Of a stretch of DNA of 25,798 nucleotides, positions 1 to 7,618 are shown piece by piece. The translations under genes and the position numbers were made by a program. Each line of letters opens with the position of its first letter. Position 1 is the first letter of the stretch. The notes beneath the pieces are model-generated. The model made no database searches, was not told where the DNA came from, and worked only from the letters and a program-made list of their open reading frames with translations. This DNA is from a virus (Duplodnaviria; Caudoviricetes), in the IMG/VR virus record IMGVR_UViG_3300008255_000436, positions 1 through 25,798 of that record. One strand, 5' to 3'.

Positions 1-4
1 CAAC

Positions 5-643
5 GTGCTGCCCCTGCGCCCCTCCACCCTGGAGTTCATGGTGGAGTACCACTTCGACGGTCAGGCCGAGGTCAAGATGGCCCTGGACGCCCGCGCCGAC
101 GTGGACAAGGCACGTGAGGACGAGATGGAGCGCAACCGCGCGATGTCCTCCGCTGACGACGCCGAGCAGGTCGTCCTGGACGGGCAGTCGGATGAGTGGA
201 CGTTCTTCGGCTACCAGAACGCTGGCATCCGCCAGATGGTGGACCTGGGCGACGTGCTGCTGGGCGACGAGATGGGCGTCGGCAAGACCGCCCAGGCCAT
301 CGGTGCCGTCGAGATGAGCGGTGAGTTCCCCGCCGTCGTCGTGTGCCCCCCGGTGGTGCGCGGCAACTGGAAGCGCGAGTGGAACAAGATCGTCCCCGGT
401 CGCAACATCATGGTGGCCGAGGGTGCTACCCCGTGGATGATCCCCGCTGACGTGGACGTCGTCGTCATCTCCGACGCCAGCATCGCCGAGTGGGTCCCGG
501 CCATCATCGACTGGAAGGGTGACGCGAAGGGTTCGCTGATCGTGGACGAGTGCCACCGCATCAAGCACGGCACCCTGATGGACGGCAAGCGCGCCAGCAT
601 CCGCGCCCAGGCCGTGGAGATGCTCGCAGAGCAGATGGGCTAG
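5..643 (+). CDS. SNF2-family helicase, N-terminal half (motifs I, Ia, II); frame is open at the window's 5' edge
   Basis: LGDEMGVGKT (Walker A), VVVCP (Ia), LIVDECHRIK (DExH). Strong GC3 codon bias. Ends at TAG 641-643 before motif III. Confidence 0.85.
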   Translation: MLPLRPSTLEFMVEYHFDGQAEVKMALDARADVDKAREDEMERNRAMSSADDAEQVVLDGQSDEWTFFGYQNAGIRQMVDLGDVLLGDEMGVGKTAQAIGAVEMSGEFPAVVVCPPVVRGNWKREWNKIVPGRNIMVAEGATPWMIPADVDVVVISDASIAEWVPAIIDWKGDAKGSLIVDECHRIKHGTLMDGKRASIRAQAVEMLAEQMG

Positions 644-653
644 GCCCTGAGGG

Positions 654-697
654 GCCGCTGGGGGAGGGCAGGGCACGCTCCCACCCTCCCCCGGCTG
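654..697 (+). terminator. GC-rich hairpin after the SNF2 N-terminal half
   Basis: GCTGGGGGAGGG...CCCTCCCCCGGC inverted repeat. Weak U-tract (TTTT at 725-728). Confidence 0.5.
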
Positions 698-759
698 CAA
701 GCCCGCAGAACGCCTCTCAGCGCGTTTTCCCAGGCCGTTTAAACGACCTGCAAGAGATC

Positions 760-810
760 GCAAGAGATCATGGAGAAGGGCTTGCGAGCCCCCCGGATCT
801 GTCGTACGCT
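760..810 (+). promoter_or_regulatory. SigA-like promoter overlapped by GCAAG-N16-CTTGC operator
   Basis: GCAAG 760-764, CTTGC 781-785. -35 TTGCGA 782-787, 17 bp spacer, -10 TACGCT 805-810. RBS GAGGAG 849-854 precedes ATG 863. Confidence 0.7.
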
Positions 811-862
811 TCAGCCCCCAACCGCACCCGACCACCAACCACAACCACGAGGAGCACCAAGA

Positions 863-1873
863 ATGCGCATCATGCTGAGCGGCACCCAGATCTCCAACGG
901 CAACCCGGAAGACCTCATGTCCGCGCTGTACGTCACCGACCGCCTGGTGGACGTCATCCGCGCTGCGGGCGGCAAGATCTACGGCGACCCCCGCGACCCC
1001 AAGAACCTGAAGAAGGCGTTCCGCTACACGTTCATGCGCTACGACGAGGCCGCTCAGAAGTGGGTCGCCGACCTCAACCGCATGCCCGTCCTGAACGACG
1101 CCCTCCGCGCGACCTGCTACATCCGCCGCGAGAAGAGCCAGGTGCTGACCGACCTCCCCGCGCTGCGTCGTGACACGATCGAACTGAACCTGAACGGCGA
1201 CCTGCGCAAGTACCGCCAGGCCGAGGAGGACATGGTCCGCTTCCTGGTGGAGCACGGCGGCGAGGACGCGCTGGAGGGCTACTACCGCGCCGAGGTGCTG
1301 GTGCGCATGGGCACCCTCAAGCGCCTGGCTGGCGAGGCCAAGATCAACGAGGCCATCGCCTGGGTGGACGACTTCCTCGCCTCCCGCCCCGACGCGCAAC
1401 TGGTCATCTTCGCCACCCACAAGAGCGTTCAGCACGGACTGGTGGAGCACCTGGAGGAGAAGGGCATCAAGACCGTCCACATCAACACCGGCAAGGGTGC
1501 CACCGACGAGGGTGGCCCGGTGGATCGCTTCCAGAAGGGCGAGGTCCAGGTCGCGGTCTGCTCCCTGGCTGCCGCCCGTGAGGGCATCACCATGACGGCT
1601 GCGGACACGCTGCTGATGGTGGAGCAGGGCTGGACCCCGATGGAGGCTGACCAGGCCGAGGCCCGGATCCACCGCCCCGGTCAGAACGCCGACCACACCG
1701 AGGTCGTCTCGCTGCTGGCTGCTGACACCTTCGATGAGGACCTGTTCGCCATCATCGGGAAGAAGCGCACCGTCGAGGCCCTGGCATTGCGCGGCGAGAT
1801 CAGCGAGGACCAGGACGAGGAGAGCGTCACCCGCCAGGTCATCACCAAGATGATGGAGCGCCACGGGCGTTAG
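863..1873 (+). CDS. SNF2-family helicase, C-terminal half (motifs III-VI)
   Basis: Starts MRIMLSGT (motif III). Also LVIFATH (IV), AAREGITMT (V), QAEARIHRPGQ (VI). Start moved from 770 to 863 because of the RBS and promoter. Confidence 0.85.
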   Translation: MRIMLSGTQISNGNPEDLMSALYVTDRLVDVIRAAGGKIYGDPRDPKNLKKAFRYTFMRYDEAAQKWVADLNRMPVLNDALRATCYIRREKSQVLTDLPALRRDTIELNLNGDLRKYRQAEEDMVRFLVEHGGEDALEGYYRAEVLVRMGTLKRLAGEAKINEAIAWVDDFLASRPDAQLVIFATHKSVQHGLVEHLEEKGIKTVHINTGKGATDEGGPVDRFQKGEVQVAVCSLAAAREGITMTAADTLLMVEQGWTPMEADQAEARIHRPGQNADHTEVVSLLAADTFDEDLFAIIGKKRTVEALALRGEISEDQDEESVTRQVITKMMERHGR

Positions 1874-1951
1874 GTAATGACCCTTCGGGGAGCAGGGTTT
1901 AAACGCTCCCCACCCCACATCACCAACCACAACCTGAGGAGCACGAGCAAC

Positions 1952-2248
1952 ATGTACCTGACCACCGACCACCACATGACCATCGACGTCACTGAGATGC
2001 CCCTGGAAGATCTCTTCGGACGACTGTTCGCCGGTCGCAGCGTAGTGCGCATCACCTACCTGCGGGGCCTGGACGACGACCTGGACGACCCCATCGTCCG
2101 CGCCGAGCAGGAGCGCATGGGTGACTACTTCATCATCCGCGCCGAGGGCGACGGGATGATCGTGAGGCCCTGGTACGACGACGACGACTCCATGGGAGTC
2201 GAGGAAGAGATGCCCTACGACGAGATCGTGAGCGTGATCTACCTCTAG
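1952..2248 (+). CDS. hypothetical acidic protein
   Basis: GAGGAG RBS at 1936-1941, high GC3, followed by a terminator. Confidence 0.75.
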   Translation: MYLTTDHHMTIDVTEMPLEDLFGRLFAGRSVVRITYLRGLDDDLDDPIVRAEQERMGDYFIIRAEGDGMIVRPWYDDDDSMGVEEEMPYDEIVSVIYL

Positions 2249-2259
2249 AACAAGAGCAC

Positions 2260-2303
2260 CCAACAGCCCCCCAGCCACATCGGCGGGGGGTTTGTTGTTG
2301 TTC
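2260..2303 (+). terminator. intrinsic terminator
   Basis: CAACAGCCCCCC...GGGGGGTTTGTTG stem followed by TTGTTCT. Confidence 0.65.
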
Positions 2304-2333
2304 TAGTACGATCGTGTCTCGGACAACGAACGA

Positions 2334-3785
2334 ATGGAACACAATCAAATGCGCATCTACCAGCAGGGTGGGGAGAACCCAACCTTCCGAAAGATCCTCT
2401 TAGAGCACACTGACACAATCGCGGTGTCGTGGTGGGGCATCAGGGCACGTATCCCAAAGACCAAGCCCTATGACCTGCGCTCTCGCCTGGGTGATTCAGC
2501 ATTCGTGATCGTGGGTGCAGGCAACCCCCAGGACCGCGACCCCGCATCCCTGGACATCGCCACTGGTGCGCTGCACGGCCTGGTGGAGGCCAACGTCCAG
2601 GAGATGGACTTCGCCATCGAGGTGGACGCCTACGCCGAGTACGACCGCATTCTGGACTGGCGCGAGGAGTTCTGGGATCACCTGCCCTCCGGGAAGTTCT
2701 GCCCGGTGTGGAAGCCAGGCTACGGGCTGGACGAACTCAAGCGCCTGTGTGTGACCTACCACCGGGTCGCTGTGACCGCCGCAGGACTGCACGATCCACG
2801 CGCTGCGGCGTTCTTGCGCACGGTCCGGGATGTCCACTTGCACGGGCTGGGAATCGCCGACATGGAGGCTCTGAGCGCGTTTCCCCTGGAGAGCGTCAGC
2901 AACAGCGCCTGGACCAACCCGATGCGCCACGGGGAGATCATCTACTGGGACGGCCAGCAGATCCGCCGCCACTCCAAGGACGAGCACGAGGAGGGCATCC
3001 GCAGAGCGCGTCAGTTCGCTCACAAGGTCGGTTTGGAGCCCAGCGCAGTGGATGCCAAGGACGGCATCGCAGCGCTTGCTGTGAGGGCGTACAGCGCATT
3101 GGCCCAGGACAGTGAGAATGCGGTAGTAGGTATTGCACCACTCAAGTCTGAAGATGACCTGTCTCAGTTGGACCTATCAGAACTTGTGATGGGGGAGGAG
3201 ATGCCCCTCAACCTGATCGATCTCGACAAGCCTGTATCACGAAAGCCAAAGCCGCGCGCCAAGAGCATCTTGCCCATCCTCTCAGTCACCCAGGAAGAGG
3301 TGCCAGATGAGGAGCACGGGGGGACGAAGAACGTTGATCGCATCAGCCCCAGTGGTCGCCAGTTGCTGGCGTGTGACAACTGCGCGCTGAGTGACAAGTG
3401 CCCCGAGTTCGATCCAGGAAGCGAGTGCGCGTTCGACATCCCCATCCAACTGCGCAGTCGAGATGACGTATCTCGATTCCTCAGTGCGCTCCTGGAGATC
3501 CAGGGACAACGAGTCATGTTCGGTCGCTTCATTGAGCAACTCGAAGGTGGCTACCCAGACCCGAACATCAGCAGCGAGATGGACAGGTTCTTCAAGGTGA
3601 TGCAGATCGCCAAGGACATCGAGGACAACCGCGACTACCTGAAGATCAACGTCGAAACCCGCGCCAATGCAGGAGTGCTATCACGCCTGTTCGGGAGCAA
3701 GGTAGGGGAACAAGCACGTGAGTTAGACGAGCCCATTGACACCTCTGCACTGACCACCAAGGTAGATGACCAGTTCGATCGATAG
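2334..3785 (+). CDS. TGT/DpdA-like TIM-barrel protein (catalytic residues look degenerate) fused to a Cys4-containing C-terminal domain
   Basis: PVWK...LKRLC...RVAV, HLHGLG and PLESVSNSAW...G resemble phage queuine-tRNA-ribosyltransferase-like motifs (PVWH, HGLG, SVDSSSW). C-terminal CDNC-x5-CP-x7-CAF. Start may be 2349 (MRIYQQGGE). Confidence 0.55.
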   Translation: MEHNQMRIYQQGGENPTFRKILLEHTDTIAVSWWGIRARIPKTKPYDLRSRLGDSAFVIVGAGNPQDRDPASLDIATGALHGLVEANVQEMDFAIEVDAYAEYDRILDWREEFWDHLPSGKFCPVWKPGYGLDELKRLCVTYHRVAVTAAGLHDPRAAAFLRTVRDVHLHGLGIADMEALSAFPLESVSNSAWTNPMRHGEIIYWDGQQIRRHSKDEHEEGIRRARQFAHKVGLEPSAVDAKDGIAALAVRAYSALAQDSENAVVGIAPLKSEDDLSQLDLSELVMGEEMPLNLIDLDKPVSRKPKPRAKSILPILSVTQEEVPDEEHGGTKNVDRISPSGRQLLACDNCALSDKCPEFDPGSECAFDIPIQLRSRDDVSRFLSALLEIQGQRVMFGRFIEQLEGGYPDPNISSEMDRFFKVMQIAKDIEDNRDYLKINVETRANAGVLSRLFGSKVGEQARELDEPIDTSALTTKVDDQFDR

Positions 3786-4360
3786 CAGGTATTTGCAAAT
3801 CTCGGTGTATGTGCAAGTGGGGTGTGACGAAAACTCACGGCGTTTAAACGCAGCACGTGCCCAGATGGGTAGTGGAATCACAACCCTTACGCACCCACCA
3901 GGCGACCAAACCCGCGCGGGGTGGAGAGCACACCAACTCTCCCTAGTCAAGGGGGAAAGACACATCGTCCTGATCCTCGCCTACCCCTTGACATCCCCCT
4001 CGTTGACCAAACCCGCGCGCCAGGGAAATCCTCCCCCTACTACATAGAGAGGGAGAGAGTCAAGAGGGAGAGGGAAAGACTGTCGATGTGTTGCCTGCGG
4101 TGTCCCCTGCTTGCTGGTGGCTAACAGTTGGGTGACTTCGTGGGCCTGTTACTTGTTACCCCTGACGATCTGTCCCCCTGAGGTCTGGCCACTTCACCCG
4201 CTGCCAAACTACAAAACGCCCGCGAATCCCGTTTTGGGGGGCAAATCGTCTTTTTTTCGTGTGACAAAACTCGAAATTTGTAACATTTCAGGAAAGTCAA
4301 GACCCAAAACCATGAAATTTCGCTTGACTTTCATGAAAACCTGTGATCCGGGGCGGAAAC

Positions 4361-4388
4361 CGCGCGCATAATAGCCCTTATGTCAACC
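4361..4388 (+). other. dif: XerC/XerD dif-like recombination site
   Basis: CGCGCGCATAA-TAGCCC-TTATGTCAACC has 11-6-11 architecture. Matches 9/11 and 8/11 to the E. coli dif arms GGTGCGCATAA and TTATGTTAAAT. Confidence 0.75.
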
Positions 4389-4438
4389 TGGGGCGGGTGC
4401 TTGCTCGAATTCGCACTGAAAACCGTCCGAATTTGGGG

Positions 4439-4498
4439 TGAAATCCGGTCAAATCGTCCTTTTTCGGCTGAAATCAGGACAAATCGACTTTTTCGACC
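4439..4498 (+). repeat. two imperfect 30-bp tandem repeats with 10-bp-phased AAATC/TTTT tracts
   Basis: TGAAATCCGGTCAAATCGTCCTTTTTCGGC and TGAAATCAGGACAAATCGACTTTTTCGACC. CAAATCG also occurs at 4242, 4515 and 4604. Confidence 0.8.
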
Positions 4499-4755
4499 CC
4501 CCCATCATTAAAGTCAAATCGTCCGGGGGTGGGCCGGGCAAGAACGAGATTTGTCTCAGGGGCACTAGGGGAGCCGTAAACCGTCTTACGGTAAAGCGGC
4601 GGGCAAATCGGGCCGGGGACTTTCCCATAAGGCAACCGGAAACCGGGCGGGCAGGGCGACCGGGCTGACCGTCGCATGGATCGGGCGGTAAGCGGGCCTT
4701 CAGTACAGGCGGGACAAGACCGCGCGAATTAGGGGCAGTCGTTTAAACTGCTCCA

Positions 4756-5322
4756 ATGGAACAGAATTCGCGCCAGAGTCACCTACCGTTTGAGATTCCC
4801 GATCTCGACACAGAGCAGGCGATGGACTTCCTGGAGGGTCGCAACGCGATGTTCCACGCCGGGAGGGGCGGATTCGACTTACGACCGACGCCTGCGCACT
4901 TCGGGACGATGAAGGCAGCGGTACAGCGCTCACGTGCGTTTACCTCTGACAAGACGCTGCTCGCAGAGAACGTCGGCGAGGTGTATCCCCGTACCTTGAA
5001 TGACATGGAAGCCAACATGGTGGAGATGGGGGCGTCTCGCGAGGTTGGACAACCCTCGTGGCACTGGAAGAGCGAGACACACCCCAAGATCTTCGAGCAG
5101 AAGCGCGGGCGGCTGAACGAGATGATCCAGGGAGTCGCAGCGGGGAAGTTCGGGGTCCAGTACACAAACGCGGTCGAGGACAAGGGGAACACCTCTCTGC
5201 TGACCTCCCCCAACAACATGAAGGTGGCCGGACGAGTTCCGACCGAGTGGTTGGACAACGGCACGTACGGAGACGGGCGCGTCGTGCGCGGTTTGAAGTT
5301 CCGCAGCGGAGAATGGGAGTAA
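4756..5322 (+). CDS. ADP-ribosyltransferase-like (ART-PolyVal-like) protein, paralog 1
   Basis: MFHAG...AHFGTMKAAVQR...QYTNAVEDKGNTSL. TAAACT -10 sits 6 nt before the ATG (leaderless). Confidence 0.6.
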   Translation: MEQNSRQSHLPFEIPDLDTEQAMDFLEGRNAMFHAGRGGFDLRPTPAHFGTMKAAVQRSRAFTSDKTLLAENVGEVYPRTLNDMEANMVEMGASREVGQPSWHWKSETHPKIFEQKRGRLNEMIQGVAAGKFGVQYTNAVEDKGNTSLLTSPNNMKVAGRVPTEWLDNGTYGDGRVVRGLKFRSGEWE

Positions 5323-5469
5323 CGCGCGGAAAAAGGAAGATCTTCTCTTGGTAGACAGAGTAGACGCAGGAGAATGGGGATAGAGGACGCCGAAACGCAA
5401 AATCCTCGGGTCGTCGCCCGAAGGGCGACTTGGAAACCGGGAAATCGCGCGTTCGTTTAAACTCACTCC

Positions 5470-6171
5470 ATGGCCCTAAACGACCGCCAATTCTCATTCC
5501 CTGGAATGCCAAAGGCATCGCCGACACCATTCGTGCCACATGGCAGTGGTGTGCAAAGCCATGACCAGACCTGGTATCACGCCTCCGAGAGCCCTACCTT
5601 CCGCGCGCGTGAGGATCTGGGTGGGATGACCGGTGGGGGGATGCACTTCGGGTCCCAGCAGGCGGCTGCGGAGCGGACATCCGAGAAGCACCTCCAGGTC
5701 CATGTCGGTGGCGCGAACACCCAGGGCTGGCCCTCACCCCGCCACGCCTCTCCCCCGCGCAAGTACATGCAGCACTGGCAGGTCAAGCCTGACGTCGATT
5801 ACGGGCACGGGACCTCCGACATGCTGGAGAACTGGCCCGACGAGGCCCCTGAGAACCCTCAGCCGTATGAGAACGACTACGAGGACCCCGGTTCGACCTC
5901 GCTGTGGGCGGATCCTAATCAGATGCAGCACGTGGGAACCGTCCCCAACCCCGCGCGGACTCAGGTAGATGGTCCTGGTGCCACGACCTGGCTGGACAGC
6001 GACTCCAACGAGACGACCCAGTTGAAGATCCCCAACATCAACGAGGAGCAGTTCGACAACGGACGTCCGAACCCCTACGCGCACGAGCAGTGGAAGTCGC
6101 CCAGCATCCACGCCGATGCGAAGTTCAACACCTCGGTCCTGCCGGGGAACCGTCTGTGGGACCGCTCCTAA
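5470..6171 (+). CDS. ADP-ribosyltransferase-like (ART-PolyVal-like) protein, paralog 2
   Basis: WYHAS...GMHFGSQQAAAER...YENDYEDPGSTSL. N-terminus LNDRQFSFPGM. TAAACT -10 sits 6 nt before the ATG. Confidence 0.6.
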   Translation: MALNDRQFSFPGMPKASPTPFVPHGSGVQSHDQTWYHASESPTFRAREDLGGMTGGGMHFGSQQAAAERTSEKHLQVHVGGANTQGWPSPRHASPPRKYMQHWQVKPDVDYGHGTSDMLENWPDEAPENPQPYENDYEDPGSTSLWADPNQMQHVGTVPNPARTQVDGPGATTWLDSDSNETTQLKIPNINEEQFDNGRPNPYAHEQWKSPSIHADAKFNTSVLPGNRLWDRS

Positions 6172-6202
6172 CAGCGCGGTGTTAACTTAACACCGGGTCG
6201 CA

Positions 6203-6253
6203 GCAAGAATTTCTCAAGAAACACTTGCATCCCCGCCTCAGACCGTCTAGGGT
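6203..6253 (+). promoter_or_regulatory. leaderless promoter with GCAAG-N16-CTTGC operator
   Basis: Operator 6203-6228. TTGCAT 6225-6230, 17 bp, TAGGGT 6248-6253, ATG 6261. Confidence 0.7.
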
Positions 6254-6260
6254 CTGGGGC

Positions 6261-6785
6261 ATGGACCACATCACATCATTCAACACCGAGGAAGAACTTC
6301 AGGAGTACTTCGCCAAGATGCGCGAAGCGGAGATCCAGGCGCTCTCCCAACTCCACGAGCAGCAGCGCCGCATCACCATGGCAGACGAGATGCCCGAGGA
6401 CGGCACCCGCTTCTGGATGAGCCCCCGGCTGGGCGACTACGGGGTCGTGATCTTCGGCCGCGCGCAGTCCTTCAGCGAGTCCAACGCCAACGAGATCCAG
6501 TCCGGTGCCGAGCCCGAGGAGGCCGCGTACTCCGACGAGGCCCTGCGGGACGCCTTCGCACGAGGGTACGTCTACGGCAACGCCTACTCCCCGCTGGAGA
6601 CACGCGGTGAGTTGGGGTCCACACACCTCAGCAGGGTGTGGCCCATCACCGAGGAGCAGTTCAACCAGGCCCAGGAGTGCAACTTCGACTTCCCCTCAAC
6701 GGTGGCGCTCGCACGACAGGACGGGGAGGACTGGCTCACCGAAGGCGTCCTGAACCTGGCGACACACCACGCCACCCTCCGGTAA
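6261..6785 (+). CDS. hypothetical phage protein (GYVYGNAYS...GELG..H motif)
   Basis: High GC3. Leaderless start at 6261 from the promoter position. Confidence 0.8.
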   Translation: MDHITSFNTEEELQEYFAKMREAEIQALSQLHEQQRRITMADEMPEDGTRFWMSPRLGDYGVVIFGRAQSFSESNANEIQSGAEPEEAAYSDEALRDAFARGYVYGNAYSPLETRGELGSTHLSRVWPITEEQFNQAQECNFDFPSTVALARQDGEDWLTEGVLNLATHHATLR

Positions 6786-6853
6786 CACCCCTGTGGTGGG
6801 GTACACGTTTAAACTGCACCTACCGTGTACCCCACTAAAGGAGTTGCATTACC

Positions 6854-7222
6854 TTGCGTTCCCTACCACCGTCTATTCCCCTTGGTGTCTTTCTACTAAT
6901 CATTGGTGCTGCTGTTGCGTTCGCACCGGACATTCTGATTGCGACACCCTCTCACGAGTTGTTGTTCAGCGTGGTACCCCAGGAGGTTATTGGGGGTGCA
7001 CAAAGCCTCATGGGAGCGTTAATGATCATCGGGGCCGCACGACGCTCTCCGAACACCATTAGGTTGGCTGCGGTGATCGAACTTGCTGCGGCGCTGACAT
7101 GGGCGACCACATCGATGGTTCCTCTGTTCCAGGGCAACCAGGCGAACATCCTGAGCATGGGTGTGTGGTTGTACGTCGCAGCGGATTGCTTTGCCACCGC
7201 GAAGGATCCGCGCACCATTTAA
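6854..7222 (+). CDS. membrane protein, about 4 hydrophobic segments
   Basis: Hydrophobic helices, GGAG RBS before the TTG start, lower GC3 than neighbours. Stop lies within ATTTAAAC. Confidence 0.65.
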   Translation: MRSLPPSIPLGVFLLIIGAAVAFAPDILIATPSHELLFSVVPQEVIGGAQSLMGALMIIGAARRSPNTIRLAAVIELAAALTWATTSMVPLFQGNQANILSMGVWLYVAADCFATAKDPRTI

Positions 7223-7227
7223 ACGCT

Positions 7228-7278
7228 GCAAGAAACGTTTGACAGGGTCTTGCACTCCCCTTCCTGGCGTGGCATCCT
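7228..7278 (+). promoter_or_regulatory. promoter with GCAAG-N16-CTTGC operator
   Basis: Operator 7228-7253 with internal TTGACA 7239-7244. TTGCAC 7250-7255, 17 bp, CATCCT 7273-7278. Confidence 0.6.
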
Positions 7279-7312
7279 CGTGGTGACCCGACCCCAACAA
7301 TAGGAGGAAGAG

Positions 7313-7618
7313 ATGCAGGTCACCGACCCCGCAGTAGTGAACCGACAGTTGATCCGCGAGGTGAAGGAGTCCACCATCGGCGCGGGGTTCCCCCCAGAAC
7401 TGGCTGACGAACTGACCGCCCGACTCAAGGCAATGGGTGTCGATCTCACCATCGACTACCACCGCGAGATCGCAGAAGCGTCATTCGCGTTCGTGCTCCA
7501 GATGATCAACGCCGGTTTGGGATCCGCACGTGTGGGAGGCGACAACGATGAGGTCGGCTTCTCCATGGGACTGGCCGCTGCCGCGAACGTTATCCTGCCG
7601 GACTCCGGGGACGAGTAG
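7313..7618 (+). CDS. hypothetical protein
   Basis: AGGAGG RBS and codon bias. Confidence 0.75.
   Translation: MQVTDPAVVNRQLIREVKESTIGAGFPPELADELTARLKAMGVDLTIDYHREIAEASFAFVLQMINAGLGSARVGGDNDEVGFSMGLAAAANVILPDSGDE

Larger units (their letters stand above)
3786..4755. other. ~970 bp non-coding control region (candidate origin, terminus/pac or resolution locus)
   Basis: No ORF with phage-like codon bias. Contains A/T tracts, direct and inverted repeats and a dif-like site. Confidence 0.6.

Noticed and set aside
641-862. Self-splicing intron or T4 gene 60-like translational bypass in the SNF2 gene (same frame, GGGC-TAG-GCCC mini-hairpin at the stop)
   Set aside because: No group I/II core is recognisable. 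There is no in-frame GGC landing codon between the second stop (740) and motif III. The spacer is fully explained by hairpin, promoter and RBS. Not formally excluded without RT-PCR or proteomics.
3988-3993. TTGACA as a promoter -35
   Set aside because: No -10-like hexamer at 16-18 bp; better explained as part of the GTCAAG/CTTGAC dyads.
661-4656. KOPS-like GGGNAGGG octamers near the dif-like site
   Set aside because: Few copies, inconsistent orientation (661/666 versus 4649), and expected by chance in GC-rich DNA.
3766-4677. Short ORFs called across the control region (3766-4047, 3921-4124, 4111-4371, 4438-4668)
   Set aside because: No RBS or leaderless promoter, no GC3 bias, and they run through repeats and homopolymer tracts.
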